Assembly: GCA_900756155.1 (NCBI GenBank)
Contig: CAAEJV010000018.1
Location: 32,251-96,250 of the forward strand
Length of the DNA stretch: 64,000 bases
Reading direction: 5' to 3'
From: Pasteurellaceae bacterium
GTDB lineage: Bacteria > Pseudomonadota > Gammaproteobacteria > Enterobacterales > Pasteurellaceae
Shown here piece after piece: positions 30,496-40,514 of this stretch (its first letter is position 1; each line of letters begins with the position of its first letter). The translations under genes were made by a program, and so were the position numbers. The notes below the pieces were generated by a model. It did not search any database. It saw only the letters and a program-made list of their open reading frames with translations, and was not told the origin of the DNA.

Positions 30496-31047
30496 ATGAA
30501 AAAACAACTTCCACACATTCTCTCCCTTTCCACCGTGGCAAAATCCCGTTTATTTGAAATTCAAGCTGTCGAACTCAAATTCTCCAATGGAATTGACCGC
30601 ACTTATGAACGTTTTCGCCCTTTCAATCGAGATTCCGTGATGGTGATTGCGATTGATGGTGAAGATTTACTTCTTGTTCGTGAATACGCGGTAGGAACAG
30701 AACAATATGAGTTAGGCTTTGTAAAAGGTGGAATGGATATGGGAGAAACTCCAGAACAAAGTGCAAATCGAGAATTACAGGAAGAAATTGGCTTTGGCGC
30801 AAAAAAATGGACATTTTTACGTACCATGAAAATCAATCCACAAATTATGGGGCATAAAATGCACGTTTTATTAGGCGAAGATCTGTATCCAAATCAACTA
30901 GAAGGCGATGAGCCTGAACCATTAGAAATCGTGCGTTATCCTTTATCGCAACTTGATGCACTTTTAGTCAGTGATGAATTTAATGAGGCCAGAAATCTTG
31001 CTGCACTTTATTCTTTGCGCGATCATTTAAAAAAACGCCAAAATTAA
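30496..31047 (+). CDS. nudE: ADP compounds hydrolase (Nudix)
   Basis: Nudix box GGMDMGETPEQSANRELQEEIGFGA, and collinear with E. coli NudE, including the C-terminal ...LEGDEPEPL.... Confidence 0.85.
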   Translation: MKKQLPHILSLSTVAKSRLFEIQAVELKFSNGIDRTYERFRPFNRDSVMVIAIDGEDLLLVREYAVGTEQYELGFVKGGMDMGETPEQSANRELQEEIGFGAKKWTFLRTMKINPQIMGHKMHVLLGEDLYPNQLEGDEPEPLEIVRYPLSQLDALLVSDEFNEARNLAALYSLRDHLKKRQN

Positions 31048-31164
31048 TCGAATAAATTTAAATAATTTCTAATAGCAAGCGATTAACTTTAAAGAAAACT
31101 TGCATAAATATTCTTTTTTTGAGAATGTATCGCCATTTTTCGAAAAATATATATAGGAAAATCT

Positions 31165-33165
31165 ATGTCTCATAATAATTTAAAAGAATTGACCTTCCGA
31201 GGGATGTTCCTTGGGGCGTTAATTACAGTGATCTTCACTGCATCTAACGTTTATTTGGGTCTTAAAGTGGGGATGACGTTTGCGTCCTCCATTCCTGCTG
31301 CCGTTATCTCTATGGCTGTTTTAAAATTCTTCAAGGATTCCAGTATTTTAGAAAATAATATGGTACAAACCCAAGCTTCATCAGCAGGGACGTTATCTTC
31401 TGTTATTTTCGTGCTTCCTGGTCTATTAATGATGGGTTACTGGCAAGAATTCCCATTCTGGCAAACAGTGCTTATTTGTGCCGCTGGTGGTACCCTAGGC
31501 GTACTATTTACTATTCCATTACGTCGTGCAATGGTGGTGAATAGTGACTTACCTTACCCTGAAGGTGTGGCAGCGGCTGAAATCTTAAAAGCGGGTAATA
31601 ATGACGAAAGCGACAGTGGTGTAAAAGATATTGCTTACGGCGGTATTTTTGCAGGAACCGTTGCATTCTTAACCAACGCATTACGTGTCATGTCTGATAG
31701 CGCGAGCGCATGGTTCTCTAACGGCAAAGCGATTTTCCAATTACCAATGGGCTTCTCTCTTGCCTTAGTGGGTGCCGGTTATTTAATTGGTATCGTGGGC
31801 GGTCTTGCCATGTTATTCGGTACATTCCTTGCTTGGGGTGTAGCGGTACCTTATTTCACCGCAACAGGTGATATGCCAACTGATGCCTCTATTGTTAGTT
31901 ATGCCATGGCTGAATGGAAAACCAAAGTTCGCTTTATTGGTGTGGGTACTATCGGTATTGCAGCAATTTGGACATTATTAATCCTTTTCAAACCAATGAT
32001 TGAAGGGATGGTTCATTCTTTCCGTATGTTAAAAGGCTCACAAGCTGAATCAGAACATCGTATTGATATCGACTTATCTCCAAAAACTATCATTTACATT
32101 TTATTGGCGACTGTCGTGCTAATCGTGATTTCTTTATATCACTTCGTTGCCGCAGCGCCTATTTCTGCCGAGCTTGCCGTATTATTAGTGGTGGTTTGTA
32201 CGCTACTTGCGGTGTTAATTGGCTTCTTCGTTGCAGCTGCTTCTGGTTATATGGCAGGATTAGTTGGTTCATCTTCCAGCCCAATTTCTGGTATCGGGAT
32301 TATTTCTGTTATCGTGATTTCACTTGTTTTGGTGACTATCGGTAAAAGCAGTGGTTTATTTGAAACAGCGGACGGTCAAAAATTCTTAACCGCATTGACC
32401 TTATTCACGGCATCTATCGTTTTAACCACTGCAACCATTTCAAACGATAACTTGCAAGACTTAAAAACCGGTCTTTTAGTGGAAGCAACTCCTTGGAGAC
32501 AACAGGTTGCATTGATTATCGGTTGTTTCGTTGGTGCATTAGTCATTGCACCCGTATTAGAAATTCTATACCACGCTTATGGTTTCACGGGTGCATTACC
32601 GCGTCCAGACATGGATCCAACACAAGCACTTTCTGCGCCTCAAGCCACCATTATGACTACCATTTCACAAGGTATTTTCACCAACCATTTAGAATGGACT
32701 TACATTTTAACTGGTGTAGGTTTAGGTATTGTGTTGATTATTGTGGATGCATTCATGCGTAAAACCAGTGACAGCCGCTTTGCCTTACCGGTATTAGCGG
32801 TGGGGATTGGTATCTACCTTCCACCATCAATCAATATGCCGGTTGTAGTCGGTGCAGTAATGGCATGGTTTATCACCCGTCACATTAAAAACTATGCAAA
32901 ACGCACTAACGATACTGAAGTGGAGAAAAAAGCAGAACGTTTCGGCACACTCTTCGCGGCAGGTTTAATTGTGGGTGAAAGCTTAATGGGCGTTATCTTA
33001 GCCTTTATCATTGCAGCATCTGTGACTTCGGGTGGTTCAGAAGCACCATTAGCCTTAGCGTTAGAAAACTGGGATAATATTGGCGAATTACTTGGTCTTG
33101 CCGTATTTATCTTTGGTATCTTTATTTTCGTTTCTCGTGTATTACGTGCGAAGAAATCGAAATAA
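31165..33165 (+). CDS. OPT-family oligopeptide transporter
   Basis: 666-aa polytopic membrane protein whose N-terminus LKELTFRGMFLGALITVIFTASNVYLGLKVGMTFASSIPAAVISMAV is typical of the bacterial OPT superfamily. Confidence 0.8.
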   Translation: MSHNNLKELTFRGMFLGALITVIFTASNVYLGLKVGMTFASSIPAAVISMAVLKFFKDSSILENNMVQTQASSAGTLSSVIFVLPGLLMMGYWQEFPFWQTVLICAAGGTLGVLFTIPLRRAMVVNSDLPYPEGVAAAEILKAGNNDESDSGVKDIAYGGIFAGTVAFLTNALRVMSDSASAWFSNGKAIFQLPMGFSLALVGAGYLIGIVGGLAMLFGTFLAWGVAVPYFTATGDMPTDASIVSYAMAEWKTKVRFIGVGTIGIAAIWTLLILFKPMIEGMVHSFRMLKGSQAESEHRIDIDLSPKTIIYILLATVVLIVISLYHFVAAAPISAELAVLLVVVCTLLAVLIGFFVAAASGYMAGLVGSSSSPISGIGIISVIVISLVLVTIGKSSGLFETADGQKFLTALTLFTASIVLTTATISNDNLQDLKTGLLVEATPWRQQVALIIGCFVGALVIAPVLEILYHAYGFTGALPRPDMDPTQALSAPQATIMTTISQGIFTNHLEWTYILTGVGLGIVLIIVDAFMRKTSDSRFALPVLAVGIGIYLPPSINMPVVVGAVMAWFITRHIKNYAKRTNDTEVEKKAERFGTLFAAGLIVGESLMGVILAFIIAASVTSGGSEAPLALALENWDNIGELLGLAVFIFGIFIFVSRVLRAKKSK

Positions 33166-33172
33166 TGGATTT

Positions 33173-33202
33173 AAATAGGCTGTCCTCGGATAGCCTATTT
33201 TT
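33173..33202 (+). terminator. terminator hairpin after the OPT transporter gene
   Basis: aaataggct-gtcctcggat-agcctattttt. Confidence 0.55.
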
Positions 33203-33215
33203 CTAGGAGCTTAAG

Positions 33216-33620
33216 GTGTCAACGCAATCCCCTTATCTAAAGGCAATGATTATCTTCCCACTGATTACTCAGTTGATAGGTAGTGTTATTGCTTATGCCA
33301 TTTTTGGTCTAGACTACTGCAAAGAAGGTAACTTCGATGCCGCATTATTTGGTTTCTTTCTTACATTCTGGCCACTTACCGTGCCGGCGATAATCAACGC
33401 TTACTTTGCTAAATACCGCGGCTATCTACGTCATCAGTGGAATAAAATTCTCATTTTTTCATTCATCATTCTTTTTTGTTATTGGAGCATCGGCAATCTT
33501 CTCATCGCACCCAATACCCAATATCTGACTGATCGTGTATTATTCGTCTTAGAGGGCTCTGTCATCCTAGCAATCTATACGACAATTTGCCTCTTCTTGT
33601 TATTACCGAAATCAAAGTAG
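33216..33620 (+). CDS. hypothetical small inner-membrane protein (4 predicted TM)
   Basis: Hydrophobic 134-aa ORF between a terminator and cysQ. No recognisable motif. Confidence 0.4.
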   Translation: MSTQSPYLKAMIIFPLITQLIGSVIAYAIFGLDYCKEGNFDAALFGFFLTFWPLTVPAIINAYFAKYRGYLRHQWNKILIFSFIILFCYWSIGNLLIAPNTQYLTDRVLFVLEGSVILAIYTTICLFLLLPKSK

Positions 33621-33629
33621 GAAATAAAC

Positions 33630-34436
33630 ATGCAATTATCTCAATCTCTTCTCGATCAAGTCCGCACACTCGCTAATGAAGCGGGAAAACATTTAACTCA
33701 TTTTTACCAACAGAATGTGACAATACAAACCAAATCGGATAACACCCCTGTCACGGAAGCCGATTTATTTGTCAGCCAATTTCTAATCGAAAAACTGACC
33801 GCACTTTTCCCTGACATTCCTGTTATTTCAGAGGAAAACTGCAATATCCCCTTTGAACAACGCCAAACTTGGCACACTTATTGGCTAATCGATCCCCTTG
33901 ATGGCACGCAGCAATTTATTGATCGCACCGATCAATTCTCCGTATTGATTACACTCGTGCAAGACCACCAACCTGTGCTAGGCGTGATTCACTTCCCTAT
34001 TTTGAATATCACCTATTACGCCATGAAAGGTTTTGGGGCATTCAAACAAAGTGACAAAGAGATAAAAGCCTTACAGCCAAGAAAAATCGATCTTACTCAA
34101 CCGTTAAAAATCGCCGTAGGCGCCACCACCTCACAAGAAAAAGTGCGGTCAATTTTGGCGAAGAATGTGGCATGCGAATTTACGGTGGTTGGTTCAAGTA
34201 GTTTGAAAAGCGGTTTAGTCGCAGAAGGAGCGGTTGATTGCTATGTTCGTCTCGGTAAAACCGGCGAATGGGACACCGCGGGCGCTGAAATCTTATTAGC
34301 TGAAATCAATGGGGGAATTTTCGATCCACACTTTCAGCCACTCACCTATAACCAGCGTGAAAGTTTAATTAATCCAAACTTTGTGATGGTGTCAGATAAT
34401 ACACAAAATTGGGCATCTGTCTTTCAATTTAATTGA
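33630..34436 (+). CDS. cysQ: 3'(2'),5'-bisphosphate nucleotidase
   Basis: Inositol-monophosphatase-family motifs WLIDPLDGT and a WDTAAG-like segment. Confidence 0.88.
   Translation: MQLSQSLLDQVRTLANEAGKHLTHFYQQNVTIQTKSDNTPVTEADLFVSQFLIEKLTALFPDIPVISEENCNIPFEQRQTWHTYWLIDPLDGTQQFIDRTDQFSVLITLVQDHQPVLGVIHFPILNITYYAMKGFGAFKQSDKEIKALQPRKIDLTQPLKIAVGATTSQEKVRSILAKNVACEFTVVGSSSLKSGLVAEGAVDCYVRLGKTGEWDTAGAEILLAEINGGIFDPHFQPLTYNQRESLINPNFVMVSDNTQNWASVFQFN
34141..34149 (+). repeat. Hin-type USS core inside cysQ
   Basis: Sequence aagtgcggtcaatttt. Confidence 0.7.
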
Positions 34437-34508
34437 TTGGTTCGATTGGTAAAGTGCAGTAATATATTGCATTATTTAAAAACGCTACTCGGAACAATAA
34501 GGAATAAT

Positions 34509-35990
34509 ATGCAAACGAATAATAACTGTATCGTAATTTTTGGTGCTTCTGGTGATTTAACACATCGCAAACTCATTCCAGCACTTTATAATCTTTTCAA
34601 ATTTGGGCGTTTAAACCAATTTTCTGTATTGGGTGTTGCTCGCACAGAATTAAACGATGACACTTTCCGTGAGAAAATGCGCGAAGCACTTCTTCAAACA
34701 GAAGAAACTACGCCTGAAACGCTCGAAGAATTCTGTAACCATCTCTATTACCAAGCGGTAAACACATCTGATGCTGCCGATTATGGAAAATTAGTCCCTC
34801 GTTTAGAAGAATTACATACTAAATATCAAACGAATGGCAACACGCTTTATTACATGTCCACCCCGCCAAGTTTATATGGTGTGATTCCAGAATGTCTTGC
34901 AGCTCATGGTTTAAACACAGAAGAAGACGGTTGGAAACGGATTATTGTGGAAAAACCTTTTGGTTACGATGAAAAAACAGCACAAGAACTCGACGTTCAA
35001 ATTCATCGTTTCTTTGAAGAGCATCAAATCTATCGTATCGACCATTATCTTGGTAAAGAAACCGTACAAAACTTACTTGTTTTACGCTTCTCAAATGGTT
35101 TATTCGAACCGCTTTGGAACCGTAATTACATTGATTATGTCGAAATTACGGGAGCCGAAGCCATTGGTGTGGAAGAACGTGGTGGCTATTATGATGGTTC
35201 CGGTGCAATGCGTGACATGTTCCAAAACCACTTACTACAAGTTCTTGCCATGGTTGCCATGGAACCACCTGCTATCATTAATGCGAACTCAATGCGTGAT
35301 GAAGTAGCCAAAGTCATGCACTCTTTACGTCCATTAACGCAAGATGACGTTGAGCATAATTTAGTGCTTGGTCAATACATTGCAGCAGAAATTGATGGCA
35401 AAGAAGTCAAAGGTTATTTACAAGAAAAAGGCGTGCCTTCTAACTCTCGCACTGAAACCTTTATGGCTTTACGTTGCGAAATCGAAAACTGGCGTTGGGC
35501 GGGCGTACCTTTCTATGTACGTACCGGTAAACGCTTACCGGCACGTGTGACGGAAATTGTGATTCATTTCAAAACCACACCACATCCTGTATTCAGTCAA
35601 AATGCACCAGAAAATAAATTGATCATCCGTATTCAACCCGATGAAGCGATTTCAATGCGTTTCGGCTTGAAAAAACCAGGGGCAGGCTTTGAAGCAAAAG
35701 AAGTGTCAATGGATTTCCGTTATGCTGATTTAGCCGATGACCAAGTCCTGACGGCTTATGAGCGCTTATTGCTCGATGCGATGAAAGGTGATGCGACACT
35801 CTTCGCTCGTACTGATGCCGTTCATGCTGCATGGAAATTCGTTCAACCAATTTTAGACTACAAAGAAGCAGGCGGCCGAGTTCATGAATATGAAGCAGGT
35901 ACTTGGGGACCTGTTGCGGCGGAAAAACTTATCGCGAAAAGTGGTCGCGTATGGCGTAAACCAAGTGGCAAAATGAAGAAAAAGGTTTAA
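34509..35990 (+). CDS. zwf: glucose-6-phosphate 1-dehydrogenase
   Basis: [20 protein letters not shown] is the NADP-binding N-terminus, with the active-site region RIDHYLGKE. The ATG at 34509 follows RBS AAGGA; the track ORF is extended by 24 codons. Confidence 0.95.
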   Translation: MQTNNNCIVIFGASGDLTHRKLIPALYNLFKFGRLNQFSVLGVARTELNDDTFREKMREALLQTEETTPETLEEFCNHLYYQAVNTSDAADYGKLVPRLEELHTKYQTNGNTLYYMSTPPSLYGVIPECLAAHGLNTEEDGWKRIIVEKPFGYDEKTAQELDVQIHRFFEEHQIYRIDHYLGKETVQNLLVLRFSNGLFEPLWNRNYIDYVEITGAEAIGVEERGGYYDGSGAMRDMFQNHLLQVLAMVAMEPPAIINANSMRDEVAKVMHSLRPLTQDDVEHNLVLGQYIAAEIDGKEVKGYLQEKGVPSNSRTETFMALRCEIENWRWAGVPFYVRTGKRLPARVTEIVIHFKTTPHPVFSQNAPENKLIIRIQPDEAISMRFGLKKPGAGFEAKEVSMDFRYADLADDQVLTAYERLLLDAMKGDATLFARTDAVHAAWKFVQPILDYKEAGGRVHEYEAGTWGPVAAEKLIAKSGRVWRKPSGKMKKKV

Positions 35991-36001
35991 TCATTAATCG
36001 C

Positions 36002-36032
36002 AAGCCTTCTTCCCTACAAGCGGAAGAAGGCT
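36002..36032 (+). other. stable stem-loop in the zwf-pgl intergenic region (no T-run)
   Basis: agccttcttcc-ctacaagc-ggaagaaggct. Confidence 0.4.
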
Positions 36033-36058
36033 TATATCCAATATAAAGAGAAGCAAAC

Positions 36059-36757
36059 ATGAACACCATCACCTTCCCAACGGCTCAACACACTGTTGAA
36101 AAGATCGCCCAAGAATTTGTGATTTATAGCCAATTAAATCATCCTGTACATATTTCCCTTTCTGGTGGTTCAACGCCTAAGTTGTTATTTAAAACCTTAG
36201 CCAAAACGCCTTATGCGGAACAAATTAACTGGAAAAATCTGCATTTTTGGTGGGGTGATGATCGCATGGTTCCACCAACAAATTCAGAAAGTAACTATGG
36301 CGAAGTGCAAAAACTCTTATTCGATCATATTCAAATTCCAACGGAAAACATCCACAGAATTCGTGGCGAAAATGAACCGCACTTTGAACTAAAACGCTTC
36401 GAAGAAGAATTAAGTGCGGCCATTCCAAACGGTGTTTTTGATTGGATCATTTTAGGCATGGGAACGGACGGCCACACTGCTTCTCTCTTCCCTCATCAAA
36501 CCAATTTTGATGACGAAAATCTTGCCATCATTGCAAAACACCCTGAAAGCGGTCAAATCCGCATTTCTAAAACAGCCAAACTCATTGAACAAACCAAACG
36601 CATTACCTATTTGGTAACCGGCGAAAGCAAAGCGGATATTTTAAAAGAAATCCAAACGACTCCTGCAGAAAATCTGCCTTACCCTGCTGCCAAAATTAAA
36701 GCAAAAAATGGGGTGACGGAATGGTATTTGGATAAAACGGCGGCAGCATTATTGTAA
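36059..36757 (+). CDS. pgl: 6-phosphogluconolactonase (DevB type)
   Basis: HISLSGGSTPK and GMGTDGHTASLFP motifs of the NagB/DevB fold. Confidence 0.88.
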   Translation: MNTITFPTAQHTVEKIAQEFVIYSQLNHPVHISLSGGSTPKLLFKTLAKTPYAEQINWKNLHFWWGDDRMVPPTNSESNYGEVQKLLFDHIQIPTENIHRIRGENEPHFELKRFEEELSAAIPNGVFDWIILGMGTDGHTASLFPHQTNFDDENLAIIAKHPESGQIRISKTAKLIEQTKRITYLVTGESKADILKEIQTTPAENLPYPAAKIKAKNGVTEWYLDKTAAALL

Positions 36758-36784
36758 TACGCCCATCCCAAAAGGAACTTCGAG

Positions 36785-37813
36785 ATGAAAAAAGTATTGT
36801 TATTAACTTTATTGCCAGTAGCAGCAATGGCCACTTCAATCCAAGGTATTGGAGAAAACTACCAAGATTGGGATTTAGTATGTGATAACACGGGCACTTG
36901 TCGTATGGCAGGTTATCAGGATGAAAGTAGTGACCCAGTCTCTATTTTATTTACTCGTGCGGCAGGCGAAAATGCTGCAGTGGAAGGAAAGTTCACTATT
37001 TTACCATTCGGAGAAACCGACCGTGATGTTCAAGTCGGTCAAGATATTGAAATTTGGTTAAATGGCAAATCATTAGGCACAGTCAAGCATATTTCTGACG
37101 ACGCGCCAGATAAGCTGACTGAAGAGCAAACTAAGGCATTACTTAGCGGATTGAAAAAAGAGAGCGAAATTCGTCTCACCTATGGGAAAACCACGCTTAA
37201 AGTGTCAGACAAAGGCGCAGCGGCAGCCATGCTCAAAATGGATGAATTCCAACAACGACTAAATACCCCTTCCGCACTCATTCGCCAAGGTCAAGAAAAA
37301 CATGCGGTATTAGCGCCACAGGCTGCACCAAAAGTTGAGGCTGTTAGCGTGAACAACCGTAAAACAATAGAATTAAAACGCGGTGAAAAACAATTTAATC
37401 ATGTGTTAGCACTGTTACGTAAAGCTAATAGCTGTGATGATGAGGATATAACAAGCCAAGATATAACACTTTATCCCTTAACACAAAACAAGGTATTAGC
37501 TGAAGCACTCTGTGTTAGAGGTGCTTATCAAGGCACTAATTACTATGCTGTACTTGATAATAAATTGAGCAAAGTAGAACAAGTCTTGGCGGAGCAATAC
37601 AACAGAGCAGAATATGATGAAAAACAAGGTTATGCGTTTGTAAGAGGTACTTACAAAGGACGTGGAGTTGGCGATTGCTGGAGCAGTCAAGATGCGGTAT
37701 GGAATGGCAAAATCTTTATCCGCACCTCAGAATGGACAACGGGATCTTGCAAAGGATTTCCTGGTGGCGCATGGCAGTTGCCTACTTTCGTCAGTGATAT
37801 CATCGTAAAATAA
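36785..37813 (+). CDS. secreted Cys-containing protein of unknown function, tandem paralog 1 of 3
   Basis: Signal peptide MKKVLLLTLLPVAAMA. Conserved blocks YQDWDL.CDNTGTC.MAGYQ, DEFQQRLNTPSALIRQGQEKHAVLAPQ and WNGKIFIRTSEWTTGSCKGF.GGAWQLP. About 85% aa identity to copy 2. Confidence 0.85.
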   Translation: MKKVLLLTLLPVAAMATSIQGIGENYQDWDLVCDNTGTCRMAGYQDESSDPVSILFTRAAGENAAVEGKFTILPFGETDRDVQVGQDIEIWLNGKSLGTVKHISDDAPDKLTEEQTKALLSGLKKESEIRLTYGKTTLKVSDKGAAAAMLKMDEFQQRLNTPSALIRQGQEKHAVLAPQAAPKVEAVSVNNRKTIELKRGEKQFNHVLALLRKANSCDDEDITSQDITLYPLTQNKVLAEALCVRGAYQGTNYYAVLDNKLSKVEQVLAEQYNRAEYDEKQGYAFVRGTYKGRGVGDCWSSQDAVWNGKIFIRTSEWTTGSCKGFPGGAWQLPTFVSDIIVK

Positions 37814-37884
37814 ACAAACAACACGCGCTTATAAACGGTTAGATTTTACGAATTTTTGCAAATCTTCTTTTAGGAATTTATAAC

Positions 37885-38922
37885 ATGAAAAAAGTTATTC
37901 TTCTCTCATTATTACCATTTACTGCAATGGCAGCTTCAACATCAATCAAAGGTATTGGAGAAATCTACCAAGATTGGGATTTAATCTGTGATAACACGGG
38001 TACTTGTCGCATGGCGGGTTATCAAGAGAATAGAGATGATCCAGTGTCCATTTTATTTACTCGAGAAGCAGGCGAGAATACACCAGTGGAAGGAGAACTG
38101 ACCATTTTACCATTCGGTGAAAATGACCGTGATATTCAAGTCGGTCAAGATATTGAAATTTGGCTAAACGACAAATCATTAGGCACTATCAAGCATATTT
38201 CTGATAGCAATCCAGATAAACTCTCTGAAGAGCAAACCAAGGCAATACTTAGCGGATTGACAAAAGAAAGCGAAATTCGTCTTACCTATGGTAAAACCAC
38301 GCTCAGAGTGTCTGATAGAGGTGCCGCGGCAGTAATGCTAAGAATGGATGAATTCCAACAGCGGTTAAACACACCTTCGGCGCTCATTCGTCAAGGTCAA
38401 GAAAAACATGCGGTATTAGCGCCTCAGACTGCACCCAAAATTGAGGTGGCAAGTGTGAATAACCGCAAGAAAATAGGATTAAAACGCGGCGAAAAACAAT
38501 ACGATAACGTGCTAGCATTATTACGTAAAGCTTACAATGGTTGCAAGGATGAAGATGAAGTAAGCCAAGATATAACGCTTTATCCCTTAACACAAAATAA
38601 GGTCTTAGCCGAGGTACTTTGTGTCAGAGGTGCTTATCAACGCACTAATTACTATGCAGTACTTGATGACAAATTGAGTAAAGTAGAACAAATCTTGGCG
38701 GGGCTGTATAACGAAGCAGGCTATGATGAAAAACAAGGTTATGCATTTGTAAGAGGTACTTACAAAGGCCGCGGATTAGGTGATTGCTTGGGGGGGCAAG
38801 ATGCCGCATGGAATGGCAAAATCTTTATCCGCACATCAAAATGGACGACTGGATCTTGTAAAGGTTTTGGCGGTGGCGCATGGCAGTTGCCGATTTTCGT
38901 CAGTGACATTGTCGTAAAATAA
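37885..38922 (+). CDS. secreted Cys-containing protein of unknown function, tandem paralog 2 of 3
   Basis: Same architecture as copy 1. The 71-bp upstream spacer is also duplicated. Confidence 0.85.
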   Translation: MKKVILLSLLPFTAMAASTSIKGIGEIYQDWDLICDNTGTCRMAGYQENRDDPVSILFTREAGENTPVEGELTILPFGENDRDIQVGQDIEIWLNDKSLGTIKHISDSNPDKLSEEQTKAILSGLTKESEIRLTYGKTTLRVSDRGAAAVMLRMDEFQQRLNTPSALIRQGQEKHAVLAPQTAPKIEVASVNNRKKIGLKRGEKQYDNVLALLRKAYNGCKDEDEVSQDITLYPLTQNKVLAEVLCVRGAYQRTNYYAVLDDKLSKVEQILAGLYNEAGYDEKQGYAFVRGTYKGRGLGDCLGGQDAAWNGKIFIRTSKWTTGSCKGFGGGAWQLPIFVSDIVVK

Positions 38923-38993
38923 ACACACAACACATCCTTACAAATAGTTAGATTTTACGAATTTTTTACAAATCATTTTTAAAAATTTATAAA

Positions 38994-40049
38994 ATGAAAA
39001 AATATCTTCTTCTCTCATTATTACCACTCACTGCAATGGCTGCGCCATCGTTAAAAGGGTTTGAAAAGACTTATCAAGACTGGGATTTGATCTGTGATAA
39101 TACTGGCACTTGTAATATGGCGGGTTATCAAGAAGAAAGAGATGGCTCCGAGCATCCTGTTTCGATTTTATTTACTCGAAGTGCGGGGGAACAAGCACCG
39201 GTGACAGCTCAGTTAGCATTATTACCAGATGATGTGGGTAATAAAACGGCTGAAATTATCTTAAATGGTCAATCACTCGGTACCGTTCCAAATATTTCAG
39301 AAGATGGGAATGCAAAATTAAGTGAAAAACAAACAACAGAATTACTCACTGCACTAAAAGGGAATGCAAGTATTGAAGTGATTTTTGGGGAGTTTAAGGA
39401 GAAAGTCTCTGATAAAGGTGCAGCCGCCGCGATGCTCAAAATGGATGAGTTTCAACAACGTTTAAATACGCCTTCCGCACTTATTCGCCAAGGTCAAGAA
39501 AAACATGCGGTATTAGCGCCACAGGCTGCACCCCAAATTGATGCTGTCAGCGTGAAAAATCTCCAAACAACAGAGTTAAAGCGTGGCGAAAAACAGTTTG
39601 ATGCTGTATTAGCGTTATTGCGTAAAAGTAATGGGACGAATGAAAATTCAGAGAATTACTGCCCTGAGTTGCATAAAGATGATACTTGGCGTGACGATAT
39701 AACAATTCATACTCTTACCAATGGCAAAGTGTTAGCAGAGTCAATATGTTGGAGTGGCCCTTATCAATACTCTAATTATTATGCTGTTATGGATGAAAAA
39801 CTCAGCAAAGTAGAACAAGTACTAGCAAGTCAATATAACGATGTTATGTATGATAATAGAACCCCCGTCTTAGCTGTAATAGGTTCATTTAAGTCGCGGG
39901 GGATTGGTGATTGTTGGATTAGGAAAGAAGCTGCCTGGAATGGCAAAATATTTATCCGTACTTCAGAATGGACAACCGGCTCTTGTAAAGGTTTTACTGG
40001 TGGAGCGTGGCAGTTGCCGATTTTTGTGAGCGATATTAAGGTAAAATAA
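38994..40049 (+). CDS. secreted Cys-containing protein of unknown function, tandem paralog 3 of 3 (divergent)
   Basis: Same signal peptide and conserved end and linker blocks, but roughly 60% identity in the two inner segments. Confidence 0.85.
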   Translation: MKKYLLLSLLPLTAMAAPSLKGFEKTYQDWDLICDNTGTCNMAGYQEERDGSEHPVSILFTRSAGEQAPVTAQLALLPDDVGNKTAEIILNGQSLGTVPNISEDGNAKLSEKQTTELLTALKGNASIEVIFGEFKEKVSDKGAAAAMLKMDEFQQRLNTPSALIRQGQEKHAVLAPQAAPQIDAVSVKNLQTTELKRGEKQFDAVLALLRKSNGTNENSENYCPELHKDDTWRDDITIHTLTNGKVLAESICWSGPYQYSNYYAVMDEKLSKVEQVLASQYNDVMYDNRTPVLAVIGSFKSRGIGDCWIRKEAAWNGKIFIRTSEWTTGSCKGFTGGAWQLPIFVSDIKVK

Positions 40050-40095
40050 TTTATTTGTTTTATCTTTAACATCATGAAGAGCATAGAGTAAAAAA

Positions 40096-40488
40096 ATGAT
40101 CGACTACAAAGTTAACGAACCGATTTCAGTCAAACAATTTATTGCACTGCTAAATAAAACAACGCTCGGGGCACGCCGTCCGTTAGAGGATGAAAATCGT
40201 GTCGCAGCAATGTTGCACCATGCAGATTTATTAATCACCGCTTGGGATGGTGAACGATTAGTGGGTGTGGCACGTTCCGTGACAGATTTTGCCTACTGCT
40301 GTTATTTATCTGATTTAGCGGTTGATGAACAATATCAAAAACAAGGTATCGGCTTGCAGTTAATTGAACACACCAAACAGGCGTTACATCCACAAGCTAA
40401 AATTGTGCTTTTATCGGCTCCGCAAGCCGTGGATTATTATCCGCATATTGGATTTACTCAACACATGAGTGCGTGGACGAAGAGTTAA
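40096..40488 (+). CDS. GNAT-family N-acetyltransferase
   Basis: 130 aa with acetyl-CoA-binding motif A: QYQKQGIGLQLIEH. Confidence 0.75.
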   Translation: MIDYKVNEPISVKQFIALLNKTTLGARRPLEDENRVAAMLHHADLLITAWDGERLVGVARSVTDFAYCCYLSDLAVDEQYQKQGIGLQLIEHTKQALHPQAKIVLLSAPQAVDYYPHIGFTQHMSAWTKS

Positions 40489-40514
40489 TTTATTAGAATG
40501 ATATGGTGACAAAA

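Noticed and set aside
36785-40049. Possibility that the about 1.1 kb tandem repeats are a CRISPR array or a non-coding satellite
   Set aside because: The repeat units are full-length protein-coding genes with signal peptides and synonymous-biased divergence. There are no short direct repeats with unique spacers anywhere in the window, and no cas genes.
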